DNA of 64,000 nucleotides, taken from positions 544,001-608,000 of the forward strand of contig JASGJN010000020.1 of NCBI GenBank assembly GCA_049840735.1, read 5' to 3'. Below are positions 55,314 to 64,000 of the stretch, piece by piece (positions within the stretch are counted from its first letter, which is position 1; every line of letters begins with the position of its first letter). Under the pieces are notes generated by a model that was not told the DNA's origin, made no database searches, and saw nothing but the letters and a program-made list of their open reading frames with translations. The translations under genes were made by a program, and so were the position numbers. This stretch comes from Anaeromyxobacter sp. Its GTDB lineage: Bacteria; Myxococcota; Myxococcia; Myxococcales; Anaeromyxobacteraceae.

Positions 55314-55506
55314 GCTCCAACCCCTGCCCCGGGTCAACGGTCCGTGCGCACCCGGCGCCGCGGACCCCGCCCGCGCGCCCCCCCGGCCCCGCACCCCGCC
55401 CCTTCGCGCACTTGCGCCGCGCCACGCCGCGCCCGGACCACTGGCACCGTCCGTGCTACTCCGCGGCGCAGGGGTGGACGAGCGCAGGCTCGAGGAGCAA
55501 GACGAC

Positions 55507-55967
55507 ATGGGCACCGATGTACGCGCGGAGCTCCCCAGGCTGCAGTGGTCCGAGCGCTACGCCGTGGGCGTGGCCGAGGATCGACACGCGCGAGCACCGG
55601 ACGCTGTTCGAGCGGATCAACGCCTTCGTCGAGGCCGCCGAGGCCAGGCGGGCGCGCCACGAGCTCCAGGCCCATGGTCGAGTTCCTGGGCAACTACGCC
55701 CACGAGCACTTCGCCGACGAGGAGCGGATGATGCAGTTCTCCGCCTTCCCCGGCCTGGGCGAGCACCTGGAGCAGCACCAGGGGTTCCTCGAGCAGTGGC
55801 GGGCGCTCTCGGATCGGCTGGCCGCCGGAGGCCCCACGCTGGAGCTGGCGCGGTCGCTCATCACCCTGCTCCTCGGCTGGGTCGGCGAGCACGTCACCGG
55901 CAGCGACCAGGAGCTGGGGCGCTGGCTGGCGCAGTGGCGCGGCGGAGTCCTCCCGCCGAGCGCCTGA
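55507..55967 (+). CDS. Bacteriohemerythrin (frameshifted)
   Basis: LQWSERYAVGV..ID..H..LF, YAHEHFADEE.MM, HLEQH and W..EHV..SD di-iron ligand pattern. Confidence 0.85.
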
Positions 55968-56057
55968 GCAGGCCCGCAGGCCCCGGCCCGGCCCTTGCCG
56001 CCCCTTCGGCGGCGTGCCAGCGTTCGGCCGCGCGCACCTCGCGCGCGGGAGGACCGC

Positions 56058-57104
56058 ATGGCCGACCTGGGCGCGCCGCGCTACGCCGACATGACCTACC
56101 GCACGGTGCGGCCGGAGCGGGCTGAAGCTGCCCGCGCTCTCGCTAGGCCTCTGGCACAACTTCGGCGACACCACCCCGCTCGCCGACGCAGCGCGCAGCT
56201 GTCTGCGACCGCCTTCGACCTGGGCATCACGCACTTCGACCTGGCCAACAACTACGGCCCGCCCTACGGCAGCGCCGAGAGCAACTTCGGCCGGCTCCTG
56301 CGCGACGACCTGCCGGCCCACCGCGACGAGTTCATCGATCTCCACCAAGGCCGGCTGGGACATGTGGCCCGGCCCCTACGGCCAGGGCGGCGGCTCGCGC
56401 AAGTACGTGCTGGCCAGCCTCGACCAGAGCCTGCGCGCGGCATCGGCGTGGACTACGTGGACATCTTCTACTCGCACCGGTTCGACGCCGGCACGCCGCT
56501 GGAGGAGACGATGGGCGCGCTGGCCACCGCGGTGCAGCAGGGCAAGGCGCTCTACGTCGGCCTCTCCTCGTACTCGGCCGGCAAGACCCGCGAGGCGGCG
56601 GCGCTGCTGCGGCAGTGGAAGGTCCCGTGCCTCATCCACCAGCCCTCGTACAACCTCTTCAACCGCTGGATCGAGGGCGGGCTGCTGGACGCGCTGGAGG
56701 CGGAGGGGATGGGCTGCATCGCCTTCACCGCGCTGGCGCAGGGGCTCCTCACCGGCAAGTACCTGGGCGGCGTGCCGAAGGACGCCCGCGTGAACCGCCC
56801 CGGGGGCGGCTCCCTGCTCCCCTCGCACCTGTCCGAGGCCAACCTGGCCCGGGCGCGGGCGCTGGACGGCCTCGCGAAGGCGCGCGGGCAGAGCCTGGCC
56901 CAGCTGGCGCTGGCGTGGGTGCTGCGCGACCGGCGCGTCACCTCGACGCTCATCGGCGCCAGCAGCGCCGCGCAGATCCGCGAGAACGTGGGGGCGCTGG
57001 CCCGCCTCGACTTCACCGCCGAGGAGCTGGCCGCCATCGATGTCCACGCGGTCGAGGGCGGCGTGAACCTCTGGGAGAAGCCGTCGACGGATCAGGCGGT
57101 GTGA
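56058..57104 (+). CDS. Aldo-keto reductase, MgrA/YghZ type (L-glyceraldehyde-3-phosphate reductase-like); frameshifted
   Basis: LSLGLWHNFGD, GITHFDLANNYGPPYGSAE, STKAG.DMWPGPYG, DYVDIFYSHR, IHQPSY and LIGASS. Confidence 0.93.
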   Translation: MADLGAPRYADMTYRTVRPERAEAARALARPLAQLRRHHPARRRSAQLSATAFDLGITHFDLANNYGPPYGSAESNFGRLLRDDLPAHRDEFIDLHQGRLGHVARPLRPGRRLAQVRAGQPRPEPARGIGVDYVDIFYSHRFDAGTPLEETMGALATAVQQGKALYVGLSSYSAGKTREAAALLRQWKVPCLIHQPSYNLFNRWIEGGLLDALEAEGMGCIAFTALAQGLLTGKYLGGVPKDARVNRPGGGSLLPSHLSEANLARARALDGLAKARGQSLAQLALAWVLRDRRVTSTLIGASSAAQIRENVGALARLDFTAEELAAIDVHAVEGGVNLWEKPSTDQAV

Positions 57105-57123
57105 GCGGCCGCTCGTCCCCTGG

Positions 57124-57312
57124 CCTTCGACTCAGCGGCCGCTGCGCGGCCGCTGCGCTCAGGCCGAACGGACCGTCGGATGGCCGGACGAGAAATGGCA
57201 CCTGGGCTTCGACTCCGCGAGCCCTGCGGGCTCGCTACGCTCAGCCCGAACGGTTCATCAACACCGTTCGCCCTGAGCCCTTCGGCAGGCTCAGGGCAGG
57301 CGGAGTCGAAGG
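57124..57312. repeat. Cluster of three REP-like family A repeats between convergent genes
   Basis: Copies at 57124-57171, 57207-57253 and, inverted, 57264-57312. Confidence 0.85.
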
Positions 57313-57319
57313 GCAGACG

Positions 57320-57356
57320 AAGAACGGCGCCCCACGGCCGAAGCCCGGGGCGCCGC
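57320..57356 (-). terminator. Probable terminator of the transcarboxylase operon
   Basis: cggcgcccc...ggggcgccg stem followed on the minus strand by TTCTT. Confidence 0.45.
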
Positions 57357-57378
57357 GCACGTCCCTGCCGCCGTCATG

Positions 57379-57759
57379 CTAGGCGAACTCGACCAGCACC
57401 TGGCCGGTGCGGACCGCCTCGCCGACCTTGGCGTTGACCTTGGCCACCTTGGCCGCGACCGGGGCGGTGATGTTGGTCTCCATCTTCATGGCCTCGAGGA
57501 CCAGCATCACGTCCCCGACCTGCATGGCCTGCCCTTCCTGCGCGGTCACGCGGACCACCGTGCCGCTGATGGGGCTCCGGCAGACCTTGGCCTCGTCCGC
57601 CACCGGCGCGCCGCCGGCCGCGGGCGGCGGCGGCGCCATCACCGGCGCCGCGACGCGGGCCGGCGCGGCCGCCACCATCTGCACCGCCGGACGCTCCGGC
57701 TCGGACGCCTCGACATCGACCTCGTACGTCTTCCCGTCGACAGTGACTTTCAGCTTCAC
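57379..57759 (-). CDS. Biotin carboxyl carrier protein (transcarboxylase 1.3S-like)
   Basis: MKLKVTVDGKTYEVDVE N-terminus, Pro/Ala linker and the EAMKM biotinylation motif. Confidence 0.93.
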   Translation of the reverse strand: MKLKVTVDGKTYEVDVEASEPERPAVQMVAAAPARVAAPVMAPPPPAAGGAPVADEAKVCRSPISGTVVRVTAQEGQAMQVGDVMLVLEAMKMETNITAPVAAKVAKVNAKVGEAVRTGQVLVEFA

Positions 57760-58106
57760 GACTGAGCTCCTGAGCGCGCGAACGCGTGAGAGGCCTGGAT
57801 GGAGACGCGACCCTGGTGGGCCCAGCTCCCCGAGGCGGAGATGCGGACCTGGCGGAGGGGCGCGCGCTTCCCGAGGAAGGCGGCCACGGCGGCGCTGATC
57901 ACCAGCAGCACCTCCTCCGGGATGGGCTCGGCCGGCGCCGGCGCGGGCGCAGGGGCCGGCGCGGGCTGCGCCGCGGGCTGCGGGGCCGCCGCCGGGCGGG
58001 CCGCCGCCTCCAGCGCCGCGACCCGCTCGCCGAGGCGGGCGAGCTCGGCCCGGAGCGCCTGCAGCGCCGCGGTGAGTTCGGCTCGTTCGTTGGCTTCGGT
58101 GGTCAT
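57756..58106 (-). CDS. Small accessory subunit of the carboxylase operon
   Basis: Coiled coil, Pro/Ala linker, IPEEVLLVISAAVAAFLG and W..QGR..I.ASH. Confidence 0.7.
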   Translation of the reverse strand: MTTEANERAELTAALQALRAELARLGERVAALEAAARPAAAPQPAAQPAPAPAPAPAPAEPIPEEVLLVISAAVAAFLGKRAPLRQVRISASGSWAHQGRVSIQASHAFARSGAQS

Positions 58107-58120
58107 GGGCCCTTCCTGGC

Positions 58121-59688
58121 CTACAGCGGGATGAGGCCGTGCTTCTTCTGGGGCCGCAGCTCGCGCTTGGCCTGCAGGTACTCGAGCGCCTGCGCCAGCC
58201 GCCGGCGGGTGTCGGCCGGGTCGATGATGTCGTCGACCAGCCGGCGCCCGGCCGCCATGTACGGGGACGAGAAGGTCGAGCGGTAGCTCTCGATCAGCTC
58301 GGCCCGCTTGGCGGCGCGGTCGGTGGCCTCGTCCATCTCCTTGCGGAAGACGATCTCCACCGCGCCCTCGGCGCCCATCACGGCGATCTCGGCGGACGGC
58401 CAGGCGAAGACACGGTCCGCGCCCAGGTCCTTCGAGCACATCGCCAGGTGCGCGCCGCCGTAGCTCTTGCGGAGGATGACCTGGATCTTCGGCACCGTGG
58501 CCGCCGAGTAGGCGAACAGCATCTTGGCGCCGTGGCGGATGATGCCGCCGTACTCCTGCTGCACGCCCGGGAGGAAGCCCGGCACGTCCACGAAGGTGAC
58601 GAGCGGGATGTTGAAGGCGTTGCAGAAGCGGATGAAGCGGGAGGCCTTGTCCGAGGCGTTGATGTCCAGCACGCCGGAGAGGACCGCCGGCTGGTTGGCG
58701 ATCACGCCGATGGAGCGCCCCAGCAGGCGGGCGAAGCCCACCACGATGTTGGGCGCGTAGCCGGCCTGGACCTCGAGGAAGTCCGCGTTGTCCACCACGC
58801 CGCCGATCACCTGGCGGACGTCGTAGCCCTGCTTCCCCTCGGACGGGACGATCTTGGCGAGGTTCGGGTTGGGCTCGACGTTGCCGTCGGTGGGCAGCCG
58901 GGGCGGGTCCTCCAGGTTGTTGGAGGGCAGGAACGAGAGCAGGCGGCGGCAGATGTGGACCGCGTCGGCGTCGTCCTCGGCGATGAAGTGGATGACGCCC
59001 GAGTGCACCATGTGCGCGTCGGGGCCGCCCAGCGCGTCGGCGGTGATCTGCTCGCCGGTGACGCCCTTGATGACCGCCGGGCCGGTGATGAACATCTGGG
59101 CCTTGCGGGTCTGGATGATGAAGTCGGTCAGCGCCGGCGAGTAGGCCGCGCCGCCGGCGCAGGGGCCACAGATCAGCGAGATTGCGGCACCGAGCCGGAC
59201 AGCATGACGTTGGTGTGGAACACCTGGCCGTAGCCGGAGAGGGCGTCGATGCCCTCCTGCACGCGGGCTCCGCCGGAGTCGTTCACGAAGACGAACGGCG
59301 AGCCGGTCTTGAGCGACTGCTGCATGGCCTCGGCGACCTTGAGCGAGTGGACCTCGCCGGCCGCGCCGCCCATGACGGTGAAGTCCTGGCTGGCCAGGTG
59401 CACCAGCCGCCCGTCCACGGAGGCCGCGCCGGTCACCACGCCGTCGGCGGCAACCTCGCGGCCCGCCATGCCGAAGTGCTCGGCCCGGTGCCTGGCGAAC
59501 AGGCCGAACTCCTCGAAGCTGTTGGAGTCGACCAGCTCGCCGATGCGCTCGCGCGCCGTGAGCTTGCCCTGCTCCTTGTGCTTGGCGAGGCGCTCCTTGC
59601 CGCCGCCCTGCTCCAGCCGCTCCCGGTTCTTCTTCAGCTCCGCGGTGAGCGCGTCCAGCGTCTTCGGTGTCTTGGTCGTGGCAGCCAT
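58121..59688 (-). CDS. Acyl-CoA carboxyltransferase (methylmalonyl-CoA transcarboxylase 12S-like; frameshift near 59180)
   Basis: GKLTARERI, DGVVTG, QDFTVMGG, DSGGARVQEG, CAGGAAYSPALTD, VDVPGFLPG..QE..GIIRHGAK and KKHGLIPL. Confidence 0.93.
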
Positions 59689-59700
59689 GGCTCTCGCTCG

Positions 59701-61196
59701 TTACCCCGGGACCACGGTCACCTTGTGGGACCGGTCCCCGATCTTGACCTCGTAGGCGACCGGCGTCCGCACCGGCTCCTTGCCCGTCCCCGCGGCCCCG
59801 TTCGCCTTGGCGGCGGCCGGGTCCTTGCCCACGTTCTTCGGCCCCTCGTGCCGGGTGGAGAAGAACTTGGGGGCGACCTGCGGGAACATGGCGTACGTCA
59901 GCACGTCCTCGTCGGTGCCGTCGCAGCCCTTGAGCGCCAGCGCCTGGGTGCGGAGCGCGTCCCACTCGCCCTTGAGCAGGTCGGCCGGGCGCCCGTTGAT
60001 GGGCTCCTTCTTGGCGTGCTTGATGGCGGCCTGGATGACCTCCGGGTTCCGCTCACCGAGCGTGGCGCCGTAGTAGCCCAGCATCAGGTCGGCGAACTCG
60101 CCGGTCAGGACCTTGTAGCGGCCCATCAGCACGTTGAAGACGGCCTGCGTGCCGACGATCTGGCTGGAGGGGGTGACGAGCGGCGGGTAGCCGGCGTCCT
60201 TGCGGACCCGCGGCACCTCGGCGAGCACCTCCTTGATGCGGTCCTGCGCGTTCTGCTGCCGGAGCTGGCTCTCCATGTTGGAGATTATGCCGCCGGGGAT
60301 TTGGCTGTCGAAGATCTCGGTCTCGACGCCGATGAACTTGGACTCGAACTCGGCGTAGCGGCCGCGGATGCCGGCGAAGTGCTCCTTGATCTTTGAGGAG
60401 CCGGTCCTTGTCGAGCGTGGTCGTGAAGGGCGTGCCCTCCAGCATCTCGACCAGCGCCTCGGTGGGGTTGTGGCCCGGCCCGAGCGAGAGCGAGGAGATG
60501 GCGGTGTCCACCGCGTCGGCCCCGGCCTCGATGGCCTTCATCAGGCTGACCAGCGTGACGCCGGTGGTGGAGTGCACGTGCACGTGGACGCGGACGTCCT
60601 CGCCGCAGCGCTCCTTGATGCCGCGCACCAGGTCGTAGGCGGGCTGCGGCTTGAGCAGCGCGGCCATGTCCTTGATGGCGATGGAGTCGCAGCCGAGCCG
60701 GACCAGCTCCTCGGCCATGTCGACGAAGGCCTCGATCGAGTGGAGCGGCGAGGTCGTGTAGCAGATGGTGCCCTGGGCGTGCTTGCCGGTCCGCTGCACG
60801 GCCTGGAGGGCGCGGCGGATGTTGCGGACGTCGTTCAGCGCGTCGAACACGCGGAACACGTCCATGCCGTTCGCGGCCGCCTTCTCGACGAACCGGTCGA
60901 CCACGCCGTCCTCGTAGTGGCGGTAGCCGAGCAGGTTCTGCCCGCGGAGCAGCATCTGCAGCTTCGAGTTGGGCAGGAGCTTGCGGAACTTGCGCAGCCG
61001 CTCCCACGGATCCTCGTTGAGGAACCGGATGCAGCTGTCGTAGGTCGCGCCGCCCCAGCACTCGACGCTCCAGTACCCGGCCTTGTCGATCTGCTCGCAG
61101 ATCGGGGCCATGTCCTCGAACGACATCCGGGTGGCCAGGAGGCTCTGGTGACCGTCCCGGAGCGCCAGCTCCGTCACATCGAATCTTGCGTGCCAT
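59701..61196 (-). CDS. Pyruvate/oxaloacetate carboxyltransferase (transcarboxylase 5S-like; frameshifts near 61185 and 60390)
   Basis: [69 protein letters not shown] and [12 protein letters not shown]. No fused biotin domain. Confidence 0.93.
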
Positions 61197-61596
61197 GTTC
61201 CTCGTTCCTTCCGTGCGTCCGCGCGGGCTCTCTTAGCACCCCTCCCGGGCGTGGACCGGAAAAACAACGCGGTGCGCGAAAAGGCCGCTACGGCTCGTCA
61301 TTCTGAACGAGGGGCATGCTCCAAATCATCCCCCTTCGGCGGTCGCCGGGCCGGGCCGCCGACATGTCAGCACACGTTTTCTCCAGCGGTTTCGTGGGTC
61401 GCCCCAGAAGCGCGGGACGAGGCCGTGCAGGCGGCGCGGCGACCGCCTGGAGACGCGATCCTTGCGCCTTCCACGAGGCCTCGCCGGGGGAGGCGGACAC
61501 CGGCCAGCACGGCCCCCTGATCGACGCTCCGTGGACCCACTCCCGGGCCGCTTCGGGGCGCTTGACGGGACGCCACACCGGGCGCCTCATTCGCCC

Positions 61597-62850
61597 ATGG
61601 AAGATTGCCTGGCGGTGATCCTCGGTGGCGGGCGCGGGTCGCGGCTCTTTCCCCTCACGGCGGAGCGGTCCAAGCCGGCGGTGCCGATCGGCGGCAAGTA
61701 CCGGCTGATCGACATCCCCATCTCCAACTGCCTCAACTCGAACCTGCGCAGGATCTTCGTCCTCACGCAGTACAACTCGGAGAGCCTCAACAACCACATC
61801 GGGCAGACGTACAAGTTCGACGTCTTCACCCGCGGCTTCGTCACCATCCTGGCGGCCGAGCAGACCGAGGACAGCGGCGAGTGGTTCCAGGGCACCGCCG
61901 ACGCCGTCCGGCAGAGCATGCGCCACCTGCGGGCGCACTGGAGCCGGGAGGTGCTGATCCTCTCCGGCGACCAGCTCTTCCAGATGGACTTCCGCCAGTT
62001 CCGCGACGCGCACCGGGCCGCCGGCGCGGCCGCCTCGGTGGGCGTGATCCCGGTGCCGGCCGACCAGACCTCCGGCTTCGGCATCCTCAAGATGGACGCC
62101 ACCGGCAGGATCACCCACTTCGAGGAGAAGCCCGGCCCGGACCGGCTCCCCTTCCTCGAGTCGGACATCCCCGGCTACGGCAAGGGCTTCCTGGCCTCGA
62201 TGGGCATCTACTACTTCGACCGCGCGGCGCTGGAGGGCGCGCTGGGCGATCCCACGCTGGTGGACTTCGGGCGCCACGTCATCCCCAAGGCCATCAAGAC
62301 CTCGCACGTGCACGCCCACGTGTTCAACGGCTACTGGGAGGACGTGGGGACCATCAAGAGCTACTACGAGGCCAGCCTCGAGCTCACCCAGCCCATCCCG
62401 CGCTTCGACTACCACGACGCGCTCAAGCCGGTGTTCACCCGGCCGCGCTTCCTGCCCGCCACCCGCATCGACGACTGCACGCTGCGCAACGCGCTGGTGT
62501 CGGAGGGGAGCATCCTCATGGGCGCGGAGATCGAGCGCTCGCTGATCGGCATCCGCAGCCGCATCGGCGCCGGCACCCGCATCCGCAACGCGCTGGTGCT
62601 GGGGGCCGACGCCTACGAGACCCTGGGCGCCATCGAGCGGGCTCGCGGCAGCGGCCTGCCGCCGGTCGGCATCGGCGAGGGGTGCGTGATCGAGCAGGCC
62701 ATCATCGACAAGAACGCCCGCATCGGGCGGAACGTGGTGATCCGGAACGAGCGCAACGTCCAGGAGGCCGACGGGGACGGCTGGTACATCCGCGACGGCA
62801 TCGTGATCATCCCGAAGAACGGGGTCGTGAAGGACGGGACGGTCATCTGA
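61597..62850 (+). CDS. glgC: Glucose-1-phosphate adenylyltransferase
   Basis: ILGGGRGSRLFPLT..RSKPAVP.GGKYRLIDIPISNC, WFQGTADAV, FEEKP, ASMGIY, YWEDVGT and a left-handed beta-helix tail. Confidence 0.96.
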   Translation: MEDCLAVILGGGRGSRLFPLTAERSKPAVPIGGKYRLIDIPISNCLNSNLRRIFVLTQYNSESLNNHIGQTYKFDVFTRGFVTILAAEQTEDSGEWFQGTADAVRQSMRHLRAHWSREVLILSGDQLFQMDFRQFRDAHRAAGAAASVGVIPVPADQTSGFGILKMDATGRITHFEEKPGPDRLPFLESDIPGYGKGFLASMGIYYFDRAALEGALGDPTLVDFGRHVIPKAIKTSHVHAHVFNGYWEDVGTIKSYYEASLELTQPIPRFDYHDALKPVFTRPRFLPATRIDDCTLRNALVSEGSILMGAEIERSLIGIRSRIGAGTRIRNALVLGADAYETLGAIERARGSGLPPVGIGEGCVIEQAIIDKNARIGRNVVIRNERNVQEADGDGWYIRDGIVIIPKNGVVKDGTVI

Positions 62851-62856
62851 TCGTAC

Positions 62857-62930
62857 GGGGGCTGCGCCCCGCCCCGCCGTCCTGAGCCTGTCGAAGGACG
62901 TCGGGGCCCCACCCCTGCTGCGCGGGGCCC
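62857..62930. repeat. Family B repeat containing a nested family A core
   Basis: Flanks match 3873-3936; the centre is gtcctgagcctgtcgaaggac. Confidence 0.7.
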
Positions 62931-62945
62931 TGGGATGGAGAGCGG

Positions 62946-62991
62946 CCGTTCGCCCTGAGCGTAGCGGCGCGAAGCGCCGCGGAGTCGAAGG
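62946..62991. repeat. REP-like repeat, family A (reverse orientation)
   Basis: ccgttcgccctgagc-gtagcggcgcgaagcgccgcgga-gtcgaagg. Confidence 0.8.
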
Positions 62992-63158
62992 GCGCCCCTC
63001 CCGGCCTTCCGCACACGGGGGCTGCGCCCTCGCCCCCTCCCCCCTCCCCCGACCCGCCTGGCGGGCGGGTTGCGCTCCTCTGTGCTTGCGCCCAGGGGCC
63101 CCGGTGGGATAAGCGGCTCGTCCCGGGACCGGCATCGGGCCCGCCGGAGGAGAGTTCG

Positions 63159-63881
63159 ATGGGACGCATCTTCGAGACGCGCAAGGCCACCATGTTCGCC
63201 CGGTGGAACAAGATGGCGAAGGCCTTCACGCGCATCAGCAAGGACATCGCCATCGCCGTGAAGTCCGGCGGCCCGCACCCCGAGAACAACCCGGCCCTGC
63301 GCCGCGCGCTCCAGAACGCCCGCGGCGCCAACATGCCGAAGGACAAGGTCGAGGCCGCCATCAAGCGGGCCGCCGGCCAGGACCAGCAGGCCTACGAGAT
63401 CGTGCTGTACGAGGGCTACGCGCCCCACGGCGTGGCGGTGATCGTCGAGACCGCCACCGACAACGTGGTCCGCACCGTGGCCAACGTCCGCATGCACTTC
63501 AAGAACAACGGCGGGAACATGGGGAACGCCGGGAGCGTGGCCTTCCAGTTCCAGAAGATGGGCGTGTTCCGCCTGGCGCCTGAGGGCATCGACCAGGAGG
63601 CGCTGGAGCTCGACCTCATCGACCACGGCCTCGAGGAGATGGGCGAGGGCAAGGGCGAGAAGGGCGAGCCGCAGGTCATCATCCGCTGCGCCTTCAACAG
63701 CTTCGGCCAGCTCCAGTCCGCCATCGAGGAGCGGAAGCTCCAGGTCATCTCGGCCGAGTCGGAGTACGTGGCCCAGACGCCGGTGGAGCTGCCCGAGGAC
63801 CAGGCCAAGGAGGTCCTCGAGCTGGTGGACGCGATGGAGCAGGACGACGACGTCCAGCGGGTGTTCCACAACCTGGCCTAG
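63159..63881 (+). CDS. yebC: YebC/PmpR family protein
   Basis: NPALR...[33 protein letters not shown] and [10 protein letters not shown]. Confidence 0.93.
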   Translation: MGRIFETRKATMFARWNKMAKAFTRISKDIAIAVKSGGPHPENNPALRRALQNARGANMPKDKVEAAIKRAAGQDQQAYEIVLYEGYAPHGVAVIVETATDNVVRTVANVRMHFKNNGGNMGNAGSVAFQFQKMGVFRLAPEGIDQEALELDLIDHGLEEMGEGKGEKGEPQVIIRCAFNSFGQLQSAIEERKLQVISAESEYVAQTPVELPEDQAKEVLELVDAMEQDDDVQRVFHNLA

Positions 63882-63951
63882 AGGACTGCTACGCTGGGCC
63901 CGGATCGAACGCGGCCGTTCGCCGTGGGCGCAGCGGCGCGCCCGGCCCCGC

Positions 63952-64000
63952 TCACGCGTCCGACGCCAGCCGCGCCAGCTCGCGGGCCAGCAGGTCGGGC
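63952..64000 (-). CDS. 3' end of an unidentified gene (truncated by the window edge)
   Basis: Minus-strand frame reads ...PDLLARELARLASDA-stop with GC3-rich codons. Confidence 0.4.
   Translation of the reverse strand, partial: PDLLARELARLASDA

Noticed and set aside
57124..57312. CRISPR array
   Set aside because: Only three units in mixed orientation, with internal variability, dispersed copies elsewhere and no cas genes.
57756..61196. Na+-pumping oxaloacetate or methylmalonyl-CoA decarboxylase
   Set aside because: No membrane beta subunit is present, and the small subunit begins with a coiled coil rather than a TM anchor.

Overview
Very GC-rich bacterial chromosome segment. Gene content and style suggest an Anaeromyxobacter-like member of Myxococcota; this is inference, as no marker-gene phylogeny was run. 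Many genes, including housekeeping ones, are broken by 1-2 nt indels clustered in patches, which looks like uncorrected long-read error more than real decay. In order, the window holds: the 5' part of prfC; an uncharacterised three-gene unit (a ~730 aa Trp/Cys-rich protein, a DUF1360-like membrane protein and a small 'MCCG' protein); a CrtI-like oxidoreductase, a TPR membrane protein, a D,D-carboxypeptidase and a DUF3617-like protein; a multi-CBM lipoprotein pullulanase; and an ABC-F ATPase. Next comes a Calvin-cycle cassette (cbbR divergent from cbbL-cbbS-cbbX-cbbF-cbbP, red-type form I Rubisco, with visible CbbR boxes) and a modular lipoprotein alpha-amylase. These are followed by signalling genes, an RdgC-like pair, a DegP plus QseBC-like module, a purine-nucleoside ABC transporter with gpt, pflAB, a PPi-dependent PEP carboxykinase, an alpha-glucosidase, an RR-HDOD-HK-hemerythrin cluster, an aldo-keto reductase, a Propionibacterium-type transcarboxylase operon, glgC and yebC. 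Two families of intergenic palindromic repeats recur across the window. The most notable signals are the Rubisco/PRK cassette sitting between starch-degrading genes in an apparently fermentative anaerobe, and the Trp-rich/DUF1360/MCCG unit.
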